A stretch of 64,000 bases of DNA from a virus, in IMG/VR virus record IMGVR_UViG_3300044641_003190, positions 1 through 64,000 of that record; one strand, written 5' to 3'. A program made the position numbers and the translations under genes. The notes beneath the pieces were generated by a model. The model searched no databases, was not told where the DNA came from, and was given only the letters and a program-made list of their open reading frames with translations. Positions 5,219 through 13,891 of the stretch are shown here, one piece after another (position 1 is the first letter of the stretch; each line of letters opens with the position of its first letter).

Positions 5219-6037
5219 GTGTCAGCAAAAGGATCTCTAGAAGCAATTATTGAGGTTGCTAAAAAAGAAATAGGTACCATAGAAGGACCAAAAGATAACG
5301 AAACTAAATATGGAAAATGGAGCGGAGTAAATTTTGCACCATGGTGCCAGTCTTTCGTTTCTTGGTGCGCCTTTACTGCTGGTCTAGATCCTAAGAAGTA
5401 TCCAAAGTCAGCATCTACCGTTGCAGCATCTGATTGGTTTAAGAAAAACAATAGATGGGCAGACGCAAGAAATGATGACCCAACTCCAGGAGACTGGATT
5501 TATTTTGATTTTCCAGAAGATGGAGTAAACAGAATATCTCATGTTGGAATTTGTGTTAAGAATAACGGAGATGGAACCATACAGGTTGTTGAAGGAAATA
5601 CTTCAGGAACAGCAAAGGGTGACCAACGTAATGGTGGTATGTGCGTAGAAAAAACTAGAGCATATGTTAAGAACAATAAAAAGAAACTTCTTAACGCTGT
5701 AGTTGGCTGGGGAAGACCAGTTTATGTAGGAGAAGAAAATTTACCTCTTCTATCTAAAGTTGGATCAACTGATTCGCCATCAGCATCAGCACCAAAACCT
5801 GCTGTAGCAGATAAACCAGTAGTTAAAAAAGAGGCTACAGAGCCATTTAAGCCCATTAAGCTTGGAGATAAGGGTGATCGTGTCAAAAAGCTACAATCAT
5901 TCCTTAAACTAAAGGCTGATGGTGATTTTGGTAATCTAACATTAACATCAGTAAAAGCATTCCAGAAAGCAAATAAGATTGCTGATACTGGTATTGTTGA
6001 TGAAAATACTTGGAAAGCATTAAAAGCTAAAAAGTAA
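5219..6037 (+). CDS. Endolysin: CHAP-type amidase plus C-terminal peptidoglycan-binding domain
   Basis: PWCQSFVSW (Cys), SHVGI (His), EGNTS; C-terminal LGDKGDRVKKLQ...ADGDFG..T..SVKAFQ...GIVD..TW. Confidence 0.9.
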   Translation: MSAKGSLEAIIEVAKKEIGTIEGPKDNETKYGKWSGVNFAPWCQSFVSWCAFTAGLDPKKYPKSASTVAASDWFKKNNRWADARNDDPTPGDWIYFDFPEDGVNRISHVGICVKNNGDGTIQVVEGNTSGTAKGDQRNGGMCVEKTRAYVKNNKKKLLNAVVGWGRPVYVGEENLPLLSKVGSTDSPSASAPKPAVADKPVVKKEATEPFKPIKLGDKGDRVKKLQSFLKLKADGDFGNLTLTSVKAFQKANKIADTGIVDENTWKALKAKK

Positions 6038-6045
6038 AACATTAT

Positions 6046-6087
6046 AAAAAAAATAACCCCTGGGATAATACCTAGGGGTTTTTTATT
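6046..6087. terminator. Bidirectional intrinsic terminator
   Basis: A-run, AACCCCTGGG-ataata-CCTAGGGGTT, T-run, between convergent units. Confidence 0.8.
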
Positions 6088-6088
6088 G

Positions 6089-6159
6089 AGCGAGTGACCA
6101 GAATCGAACTGGCACTATCTGCTTGGAAGGCAGAGACACTACCATTATGTAACACTCGC
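6089..6159 (-). tRNA. tRNA-Gly(TCC)
   Basis: GCGAGTG/CACTCGC acceptor stem, TCTGC-CTTCCAA-GCAGA anticodon arm, GTTCGATTC T-loop; CCA not encoded. Confidence 0.95.
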
Positions 6160-6172
6160 AGTTTAATTTATA

Positions 6173-6358
6173 TTAGTAGTCTTCGTCTAATGAATCAATT
6201 TCGCCATTTTGGTCAACTTCTTCAAATGTGACATCAAGGACTTCTGTGTTTTCAGCAGATCCAATAAGGTCAAAAGAGTCAACAACGGCTTGAATATTAT
6301 CATATTTGTTTATATCAACCTCTAGGCTAATATTTACAAAATATTTACTCATTTTCAT
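6173..6358 (-). CDS. Acidic hypothetical protein
   Basis: ORF track; overlapping operon. Confidence 0.7.
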   Translation of the reverse strand: MKMSKYFVNISLEVDINKYDNIQAVVDSFDLIGSAENTEVLDVTFEEVDQNGEIDSLDEDY

Positions 6359-6530
6359 CCTCCACTAGTGACGGGGCTGGCGTTAGTATCTTTCCTTGCT
6401 CATGAAGATCTCTTATCTCTAAGGCCTCTTCACCTTTTCCTACACCATCCGCTATTATCATAAGCATATCATAAACTCTGGAAAGCTGTATATAAATTCC
6501 TAAAAGTATATTATCGTTTTCTTCAGACAT
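6345..6530 (-). CDS. Hypothetical protein
   Basis: ORF track; overlapping operon. Confidence 0.7.
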   Translation of the reverse strand: MSEENDNILLGIYIQLSRVYDMLMIIADGVGKGEEALEIRDLHEQGKILTPAPSLVEDENE

Positions 6531-6735
6531 TTAGTTCTCTTTTCATTGTTTCGTAGGTATGTAGACCAACGTATGTTTTTTCATTGCACTCTAGGCATAT
6601 TAAATAAACACCGTTATCATCAAATCCAGATATAAGCTTAGTTGTACACTCTGCCCCATGACGAAATCCATCTCTATTATCAAGCCACTGCCTGACAACT
6701 CTAATGTCTATAGTTCCAGTTGTTTCTAAGTCCAT
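6523..6735 (-). CDS. Small putative zinc-ribbon protein
   Basis: HGAEC...CLEC; leaderless promoter TTGACA-17-TACAGT 6 nt before the ATG. Confidence 0.65.
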   Translation of the reverse strand: MDLETTGTIDIRVVRQWLDNRDGFRHGAECTTKLISGFDDNGVYLICLECNEKTYVGLHTYETMKRELNV

Positions 6736-6775
6736 ATATTAACTGTATCATTTTGTCTAAACGGTGTCAAACAAT

Positions 6776-7396
6776 TTATGCAATAATATCGTACTTTTTG
6801 ATATCTACTTTTGGAAACATTTGTATTAGTTCTGCAGTCTTAGGCGTTATACCCTTCCAGGCTGTCCAGTTTTCTCCACCCCTAGACATTTTAAATGCAA
6901 TCTCTGCGTTGGTTACAGGATTTAACAATTCCTTGTTGCTATTTAGTCCAAACTTTTCAAGTCTGGCTGGTCCTAGATTTCCAATCATGTTTATCTGGAA
7001 TATACCATAGGAACTATCTCCTGTTTTTCTATTACCATTATAGGCAAGGGGGCGACCATTGGACTCTTTTTTAGCCACAGCCCAGGCTTCCTTAAGGTCT
7101 TTTCCTTCAAATCCAACCAAATATAATAATATGGCTAGATCCTCGTCGGAGAGACTCTTTGCAACCTTAAACTCCTCAAGCTTAGACTCTCTAAGCTCTC
7201 TAGTTTTAAGAATTTCTTTTAAATGCTGATATTTACTGTTTTCTACTGAAAACGGTGCTACAGCACTTAAGTTACTTACCCTTTTCAAAGGATTTTTAGT
7301 ATAATTGTCATAGTCAATCTCGGAACCAAGAATGTTGCTTCCTAGTATAACTATCGACAAGTAACTAATTACTTTTATAATTAGGTTTTTACTCAT
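6776..7396 (-). CDS. Secreted lytic transglycosylase (SLT/lysozyme-like)
   Basis: N-terminal signal/TM segment; AKKESNG (catalytic Glu), YGIFQIN, LLNPVTNA, W..W. Confidence 0.8.
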   Translation of the reverse strand: MSKNLIIKVISYLSIVILGSNILGSEIDYDNYTKNPLKRVSNLSAVAPFSVENSKYQHLKEILKTRELRESKLEEFKVAKSLSDEDLAILLYLVGFEGKDLKEAWAVAKKESNGRPLAYNGNRKTGDSSYGIFQINMIGNLGPARLEKFGLNSNKELLNPVTNAEIAFKMSRGGENWTAWKGITPKTAELIQMFPKVDIKKYDIIA

Positions 7397-7489
7397 AATA
7401 TTAGTTTATCGGCTAAATAGGACCAAGTCAACTATTTTAAAAAAAATATGCCTGTGGTAGACTTAATATATTCTGAAGCGAAGGGTTAC

Positions 7490-8464
7490 ATGCATATAAG
7501 CTTTTTTACGTCTGAGTCTGGATATAATGCCACTGTTGGCTATGGTCAGGCTGGAAAAGGCGTAATATCATCATTACAGAGCTTGGGACACTTAGTTACA
7601 GCCACAAACCCTAAAGCTGACATTCACCTAAATTTTGTTCAACCAGTATATTATGAGTATATTAGGTCTGATATACATACTATTGGATACACTCCCTGGG
7701 AATCTACTGAGTTGCCAATGTATTGGCTAGAGAATTTTAATAAGTGTGATGAGGTCTGGGCAACTTCCCCAATTGTTGCACAATGGTATTTAGATGCAGG
7801 CGTCAAAAAGCCAGTACGTGTTTATGAGCATGGACTTCACGACATATGGAAGTCTCCCAGGGTTAGAGAAGTAAAAAATAAATTTAGATTTTTGCATATT
7901 GGTGAGCCAGCAGAAAGAAAAGGCGGATCTTTAACAGTAAAGGCATTTATAGAATTATTTGGAGACAATCCAGATGTAGAGTTAACAATTAAGGCACACG
8001 AAGCAAATACAATAAGGCACAAGGACATGTTTGGTAATTTTATTGATATTGCTCAAAGATACCCAAATATAAAAATTGTAAGTAGAGAGATGGAAGACGA
8101 AGAATTACTTCAACTAATGTCCATGCATCATTGTTTAGTATATCCTTCCTGGGGGGAGGGTTTTGGATTTATACCACTACAGGCAATGGCAACAGCAATG
8201 CCAACAATTTGCACAGAGTCTTGGGCTCCGTATAAAGAGTTTATAACTCTAAAGCTTGACTCGACACTAGGAGATTCTCCATGGCCAATGATGCATCCAG
8301 GCAAAATGTACGAGCCAAACATAGAAAATTTAAAGGAATTAATGATGGATGCAATAAACAGTTACAGTAAACACTCTGCAATTGCCCTGAAAAACACAAC
8401 AAAGATTTATGAAAAGTATAATTGGATAGATTTAACTAAAAAAGCTTTTGAACACCTAGTATAA
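7490..8464 (+). CDS. Glycosyltransferase, GT-B/GT4-like
   Basis: RKGG and PSWGEGFGFIPLQAMA (E-x7-Q) motifs; start moved to 7490 (SD GAAGGG, TGGTAGACT promoter upstream). Confidence 0.85.
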   Translation: MHISFFTSESGYNATVGYGQAGKGVISSLQSLGHLVTATNPKADIHLNFVQPVYYEYIRSDIHTIGYTPWESTELPMYWLENFNKCDEVWATSPIVAQWYLDAGVKKPVRVYEHGLHDIWKSPRVREVKNKFRFLHIGEPAERKGGSLTVKAFIELFGDNPDVELTIKAHEANTIRHKDMFGNFIDIAQRYPNIKIVSREMEDEELLQLMSMHHCLVYPSWGEGFGFIPLQAMATAMPTICTESWAPYKEFITLKLDSTLGDSPWPMMHPGKMYEPNIENLKELMMDAINSYSKHSAIALKNTTKIYEKYNWIDLTKKAFEHLV

Positions 8465-8466
8465 AC

Positions 8467-8495
8467 TTGGCACCAAAAAATCTTTGTGATAGACT
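8467..8495 (+). promoter_or_regulatory. nrdJ promoter
   Basis: TTGGCA-17 nt-TAGACT. Confidence 0.55.
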
Positions 8496-8555
8496 TAGTA
8501 ACTCAAATAAAAAAACAAAAATCCCATAAGGGGACAAGGAAGAGGTTTCATAAAA

Positions 8556-10478
8556 ATGTCATTACCATCAGCTTACCAAGAGTTTATCGCTCTATCAAGA
8601 TACGCAAGATACATAGATTCTGAAAATCGTAGAGAAACTTGGGGTGAGACTGTTGATAGATATTTTAATTTTATTATCGAGCACTTGTCAAAAAACTATT
8701 CTTACAAGCCAGAAGATAAATTAGTTAATGAATTAAAAAAAGCAGTTTATGGGTTAGACGTAATGCCATCTATGAGATCTGTTATGACTTCTGGAGCCGC
8801 ACTAGATAGAGACCACGTTGCTGGATACAATTGTGCGTTTATGCCAGTAGATAGCCCTAAGACATTTGATGAAGCGATGTATATTCTTATGTGTGGTACA
8901 GGAGTAGGATTCTCTGTTGAATATAAATATATTAATAAGCTTCCATCTGTTCCAGAGTCGCTAGAAAAATCATCAACTGTTATAACTGTTGAGGACTCTA
9001 AAACTGGATGGGCTAAGGCATACAGGGAATTGCTGGCACTACTTTGGTCTGGACAGATACCAACTATTGATATTAGTAAGTTGAGACCAGCAGGAGCAAG
9101 ACTTAAGACAATGGGCGGAAGATCATCTGGACCACAACCACTTGTAAACCTATTTGATTTTACAATTAAAGTTTTTAAAAATGCTGTAGGAAGAAACTTG
9201 AAGCCAATTGAATGCCATGACATTATGTGCAAAATTGGAGAGATTGTTGTTGTTGGTGGAGTAAGGAGATCTGCAATGATTTCTTTATCAAATATTAATG
9301 ATATTGAAATGGCACAGGCAAAGGTTGGAAACTGGTGGGAAAATAATTCACAAAGAGCTCTTTCAAATAACTCCGTTGCGTATTCAAGAAAACCAGAAAT
9401 GGCACAGTTTATTACAGAGTGGAAAAACCTGTACGACTCAAAGTCTGGGGAGCGTGGTATATATAATGTTGCAGCAGCACAAGCACAGGCAGCCAAGTAT
9501 GGAAGAAGAGATCCAGAGATACATTATGGAACTAATCCATGTTCAGAAATCATTCTAAGACCCTATCAATTTTGTAACCTATCAGAGGTAGTTCTTCGTG
9601 AGAACGATACTGTGGAGCAGGTAGAAAATAAAGTAAGATTGGCCACAATCCTAGGAACATGGCAATCAACACTGACTGACTTTAAGTATTTGCGTAAAAT
9701 CTGGAAAGATAATACAGAAGAAGAAAGACTTCTTGGTGTATCTCTAACTGGACAATTCGGACACAAGTTTTTTTCTGGAAAAGAAGGAATAGAAAAACTA
9801 GAAAAAACACTATCATCTCTTAGAGAATATGCAAGAAAGACAAACTCTGCAGAAGCAGAAAAAATTGGAATTCCAGAGTCAGCAGCAATAACTTGCGTAA
9901 AGCCATCTGGAACAGTTTCTCAACTAGTTGGGGTATCTTCTGGAATGCATCCGTGGCACTCTGAATATTATATTAGAACAGTAAGAGCCGACAATAAAGA
10001 TCCACTTACAGAGCTAATGAAGTCATACAACATTCCAAGCGAGCCAGACGTAATGAAGCCAGACTCAACTACAGTATTTTCTTTTCCAGTAAAAGCTCCA
10101 TCAGGAGCTATACTAAGAAACGAATTAACTGCAATAGAACATTTAAATATTTGGTTAGCATATCAAAGAGCTTGGTGTGAACATAAACCATCAATTACAG
10201 TATCCGTACATGAAAATGAGTGGATGGCAGTAGGAGCATGGGTATGGGAGCACTTTGATGAAGTTTCTGGAATATCATTTTTACCATACTCAGACCACAC
10301 CTACAAACAAGCACCGTATCAAGAAGTTAACGAAACAGAGTACCTAGAGCTATTAGCTAAAATGCCTTCAGTTATTAGATGGGAAGACCTATCCTTTTTT
10401 GAAAAAGAAGACATGACCGTTGGATCACAAACTCTAGCCTGCACATCCGACTATTGTGAAATTGTAGACATATCTTGA
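8556..10478 (+). CDS. nrdJ: Class II (adenosylcobalamin-dependent) ribonucleotide reductase
   Basis: YNCAF, GTGVGFSVE, VVGGVRRSA, TNPCSEI, TCVKPSGT, C-terminal C-x4-C; monomeric RTPR-like size; no NrdB partner nearby. Confidence 0.92.
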   Translation: MSLPSAYQEFIALSRYARYIDSENRRETWGETVDRYFNFIIEHLSKNYSYKPEDKLVNELKKAVYGLDVMPSMRSVMTSGAALDRDHVAGYNCAFMPVDSPKTFDEAMYILMCGTGVGFSVEYKYINKLPSVPESLEKSSTVITVEDSKTGWAKAYRELLALLWSGQIPTIDISKLRPAGARLKTMGGRSSGPQPLVNLFDFTIKVFKNAVGRNLKPIECHDIMCKIGEIVVVGGVRRSAMISLSNINDIEMAQAKVGNWWENNSQRALSNNSVAYSRKPEMAQFITEWKNLYDSKSGERGIYNVAAAQAQAAKYGRRDPEIHYGTNPCSEIILRPYQFCNLSEVVLRENDTVEQVENKVRLATILGTWQSTLTDFKYLRKIWKDNTEEERLLGVSLTGQFGHKFFSGKEGIEKLEKTLSSLREYARKTNSAEAEKIGIPESAAITCVKPSGTVSQLVGVSSGMHPWHSEYYIRTVRADNKDPLTELMKSYNIPSEPDVMKPDSTTVFSFPVKAPSGAILRNELTAIEHLNIWLAYQRAWCEHKPSITVSVHENEWMAVGAWVWEHFDEVSGISFLPYSDHTYKQAPYQEVNETEYLELLAKMPSVIRWEDLSFFEKEDMTVGSQTLACTSDYCEIVDIS

Positions 10479-10519
10479 TCTATTGTGTATAATTAATATA
10501 AATAGAATGGAGAAAAAAA

Positions 10520-10987
10520 ATGAATAAAAAAATAAATAAAAAAATATTAATAGTTTTATCTGTTATTATTATTTCTTTCATTGGGTTTCCAGTGGTAAGT
10601 AAAAATAATTCAAATTGCATAAACCTATATGTTGATTATAGTGTACTGGACAATAAAACAAAACTAACCAAATGCTTAGAGGCCTCAGCCAATACAAATG
10701 CTTTAGATCTATTAAAGGGTGCTAACCTAACAATAGAAGGAACTAAGAAATATGGCGACGCAGTTGTTTGCCGAGTAAACGGATTACCAGATATATCTAT
10801 TGAGTCATGTGAAGATATGCCATCAGGAAAAGCATATTGGGCAATTATAATAAAAGAAAAACAAATTTTACCTTTTCCAACTAAAGAGTGGGGCTGGGGT
10901 CAGCTTGCCATAAATCAACAATATCTAAATCCTGGGGATTCAATAGGTTTAGTGTGGGCTAACAATGGAGAAGTAGTATTCCCATGA
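10520..10987 (+). CDS. Exported DUF4430/transcobalamin-C-like protein (putative B12 binder)
   Basis: N-terminal TM/signal; ALDLL..., YGDAVVCRVNGLP, YWA, W.W...I....LNPGDSIGLVW beta-grasp pattern; sits between nrdJ and pduO. Confidence 0.6.
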   Translation: MNKKINKKILIVLSVIIISFIGFPVVSKNNSNCINLYVDYSVLDNKTKLTKCLEASANTNALDLLKGANLTIEGTKKYGDAVVCRVNGLPDISIESCEDMPSGKAYWAIIIKEKQILPFPTKEWGWGQLAINQQYLNPGDSIGLVWANNGEVVFP

Positions 10988-11118
10988 AACTATTAGATAG
11001 ACATGTGGAACAAAAGTCTACTTACAAAGTAATAGTTCAACTTTCTTTAACTTTGATATGCTTATACATAGCAAACTCTAAAACAGTAGACATCTGGCGT
11101 TCTTTGACTGGACACTAA
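10984..11118 (+). CDS. 44-aa single-TM peptide (not in ORF track)
   Basis: MKLLDRHVEQKSTYKVIVQLSLTLICLYIANSKTVDIWRSLTGH; ATGA overlap upstream and TAATG overlap downstream. Confidence 0.7.
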   Translation: MKLLDRHVEQKSTYKVIVQLSLTLICLYIANSKTVDIWRSLTGH

Positions 11119-11687
11119 TGGTTAACCTAACTCGTATTTATACAAAAACAGGGGACGACGGAACCACTTCACTTGGAGATATGAGTAGAACTTCTAAAAA
11201 CGATCCAAGACTCGAAGCATTTGCAACAGTTGATGAATCTAATTCATACATAGGGGTTAGTATTCTTCATGTAAAAAATGAAGAAATAAGGTTACTGCTT
11301 TTAAAAATTCAAAACGACTTGTTTGATGTGGGGGCAGACCTGTGTACCCCAGTTGTAGATAATCCAGAAATTAAACCACTAAGGGTTACACAAGATCAGA
11401 TAGAATATCTAGAGTATCAAATAGACAAATATAATAAACACCTAAAACCACTCAGATCATTTGTTTTGCCAAGTGGTTCTTCGTCATCCTCACATTTACA
11501 TGTTGCCAGAACTATTGTTAGAAGGTCAGAAAGGTGTGCCTGGTCAGCCATATCCTCATTTGGTTCTGGGGTCAGCGTGTTAACTGCAAAGTATCTAAAT
11601 CGTTTGTCTGACCTGTTGTTTGTTTTAGCTAGATACGAAAATATAGAATTTGGAGATAATTTGTGGGTTCCTGGAGGTCCAAAGTAG
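11118..11687 (+). CDS. pduO: ATP:cob(I)alamin adenosyltransferase, PduO type
   Basis: IYTKTGDDGTT, TVDESNS, IQNDLFDVGADL, LHVARTIVRRSER, YLNRLSDLLFVLAR. Confidence 0.95.
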   Translation: MVNLTRIYTKTGDDGTTSLGDMSRTSKNDPRLEAFATVDESNSYIGVSILHVKNEEIRLLLLKIQNDLFDVGADLCTPVVDNPEIKPLRVTQDQIEYLEYQIDKYNKHLKPLRSFVLPSGSSSSSHLHVARTIVRRSERCAWSAISSFGSGVSVLTAKYLNRLSDLLFVLARYENIEFGDNLWVPGGPK

Positions 11688-11752
11688 GGTTACTATAAAA
11701 TCAGTCTAGAACTGTTTTTATGATAAAATGGAATTATCTTGGAGGTATATAA

Positions 11753-12106
11753 TTGATGGCAGGAATTAAAAATTGGAAGGTTGATCAAGCCGCTAATTTT
11801 CGTTTTAGCATAGTCTACAAAGACCCAGACGGAGACCCAATAGACCTAACACAATACCAAGTTTATATGGATATAAAATCAGCTCCAGGATCTAAAAAGA
11901 TCCTTGCTTCCTGTGCCATAGGAGACGGAATAGTTGTTACTCCACTTCTCGGAAAAATTGACGTAAACGTTAATGCAGATAAAACAAAAGTTATTGCCTA
12001 TCCAAAATCTGCTTATGATTTAATTATTGTAACTGCAAGCGGTGTCGTAACAAGACTGCTTGAAGGATGGCTAGACGTTTCTAGAGCGGTAACAATAAAT
12101 GACTAA
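11753..12106 (+). CDS. Putative virion protein (BppU/LtfC-like Ig fold)
   Basis: DPDGDPIDLT and AYDL..VTRLLEG pattern; first gene of the fibre array. Confidence 0.55.
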   Translation: MMAGIKNWKVDQAANFRFSIVYKDPDGDPIDLTQYQVYMDIKSAPGSKKILASCAIGDGIVVTPLLGKIDVNVNADKTKVIAYPKSAYDLIIVTASGVVTRLLEGWLDVSRAVTIND

Positions 12107-12554
12107 TTACATAGACAACTCTAATATTATAGATATTACTACCACTGAAAATGAGGTAATAATATCCGATACTGGTCAGCCAGGTCCAAGAGGTAATTCA
12201 ATACTTAATGGAACACAAGTTCCAACTGCTAACTTTCCAGCAAATGCCGTAGAGGGTGATTTTTACCTAAAGGTACCAGAGTACTTATTGTATGGCCCAA
12301 GAACATATGCTGGCAACTGGGGAACCCCAATTGATCTCTTTACCCTACCAGAATCTGTATTTACCTTTACCCAAGAGATTTCAAATACCACTTGGAATAT
12401 ACCATTTTCTCTGCATAAACTGCAGTTTAAACCAAACGTAACCGTAGTGGATAATAATGGATATCAGGTAGAGGGTCACGTCCAGTACCAGAATGATAAT
12501 TCTGTTATAATTAGTTTCGCAGCAGGTTTTTCTGGAAAAGCATACCTGTCGTAA
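12099..12554 (+). CDS. Putative virion fibre/decoration protein
   Basis: GQPGPRG and GDFYL motifs; C-terminal FSGKAYLS domain. Confidence 0.6.
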   Translation: MTNYIDNSNIIDITTTENEVIISDTGQPGPRGNSILNGTQVPTANFPANAVEGDFYLKVPEYLLYGPRTYAGNWGTPIDLFTLPESVFTFTQEISNTTWNIPFSLHKLQFKPNVTVVDNNGYQVEGHVQYQNDNSVIISFAAGFSGKAYLS

Positions 12555-12580
12555 TCTTAAATACCTAGGAGTAATAAACA

Positions 12581-13888
12581 GTGGCACGTAAATTTTTAAC
12601 GTCGATAGATATGACGGGTCTGGAAATCCAGAAACTCCGTATAGAGAACGCTACTTCAAATCCAACAGTACCTTCTGGATCAGAAACAGTATTCAAGGGT
12701 AGAGTCTACTTTGACTCAACAACAAACAAATTATTTTATTACAATGGAACAGCATGGGTTTCATCTGGACAAATGTCCATTACTCTTGGCGGAGACCTTT
12801 CTGGAACAGCAACAACAAATGCTGCTGGAGAGATTACGCTTAATGCCACAATCACAGCTAACTCCGTAGAACTTGGTACAGATACAACAGGAAATTATGT
12901 AGCAACACTAGCTTCTTCTGCTGGAACAATTACAATTACAGGTTCTGGTTCAGAAACTGCCGCAGTAAATATTGATCTTCCTACAACTGGTGTAACCGCT
13001 GGTTCATATGGATCAACAACAAAAATTCCTACATTCACAGTAGACTCAAGAGGTCGTTTGACCGCTGCTGGTGAAGTAGATGTAGCAACTAATCTTTCAA
13101 TAGCAGGAGATACTGGAACAGACACAGTAAATCTTCTTACAGATACACTAACAGTATCTGGTGGAGAAGGTATCGATGTAGCTGTAACAAATAATACAAT
13201 TACGGTATCTGCAGAAGATGCAACTACTACCAATAAGGGTGTAGCATCATTCGCAGACGCTGACTTTACAGTATCATCTGGTGCAGTATCAATAAAGAAC
13301 GTAAACCTTGGAACGCAGACAACAGGAAATTATGTTGCTGGAATTACTGGAACGGCAAACGAAGTTACAGTTACTGGTTCTGGATCAGAAAATGCAAGCG
13401 TAACAATTGGACTTCCAGATGACGTAACTATTACCAATAACCTTCTTGTTGGCGGTAACTTAAATGTAACTGGAACAATTAACTCTGTTAATACAACACA
13501 GGTAAACATTGTTGACAATAAGATTAACCTTAATACAGACTTTACTGGAACACCAACAGTAGATGCTGGAATTAGAGTAGAGCGTGGCTCAGAAGCAGAT
13601 GTTGAAATTCTATGGAATGAAACAGACAATGCATGGACACTTACAAATAATGGTACAAACTATAATGCTATAACTAGAAAATATTCTACAACTATAGGAG
13701 ACGGTACCGCAACATCATTTACAGTAACACACAACCTTGGAACGAGAGAAGCAACAGTCCAGATTTTTGATTCTTCTACATTTGAGTCAGTAGAGGCTGG
13801 TGTGGTTAGAACAAGCACATCTGCAGTCACAGTATCTTTTGCAGTAGCACCTGCGTCTGGAGCTTATAAGGTAATAGTAGTAGGGTAG
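12581..13888 (+). CDS. Tail fibre-like protein
   Basis: Thr/Gly-rich; duplicated LGTxTTGNYVA...GSGSE motif; C-terminal VTHNLGT domain. Confidence 0.7.
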   Translation: MARKFLTSIDMTGLEIQKLRIENATSNPTVPSGSETVFKGRVYFDSTTNKLFYYNGTAWVSSGQMSITLGGDLSGTATTNAAGEITLNATITANSVELGTDTTGNYVATLASSAGTITITGSGSETAAVNIDLPTTGVTAGSYGSTTKIPTFTVDSRGRLTAAGEVDVATNLSIAGDTGTDTVNLLTDTLTVSGGEGIDVAVTNNTITVSAEDATTTNKGVASFADADFTVSSGAVSIKNVNLGTQTTGNYVAGITGTANEVTVTGSGSENASVTIGLPDDVTITNNLLVGGNLNVTGTINSVNTTQVNIVDNKINLNTDFTGTPTVDAGIRVERGSEADVEILWNETDNAWTLTNNGTNYNAITRKYSTTIGDGTATSFTVTHNLGTREATVQIFDSSTFESVEAGVVRTSTSAVTVSFAVAPASGAYKVIVVG

Positions 13889-13891
13889 TAA

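Noticed and set aside
8465-8555. NrdR box or cobalamin riboswitch upstream of nrdJ
   Set aside because: CAAAAAATCTTTGTG only loosely resembles an NrdR box. The leader, like the 41-nt gap before 10520, is too short and lacks B12-box features
8747-9496. 249-aa minus-strand ORF
   Set aside because: Antisense shadow of nrdJ caused by codon bias; no motifs or initiation signals
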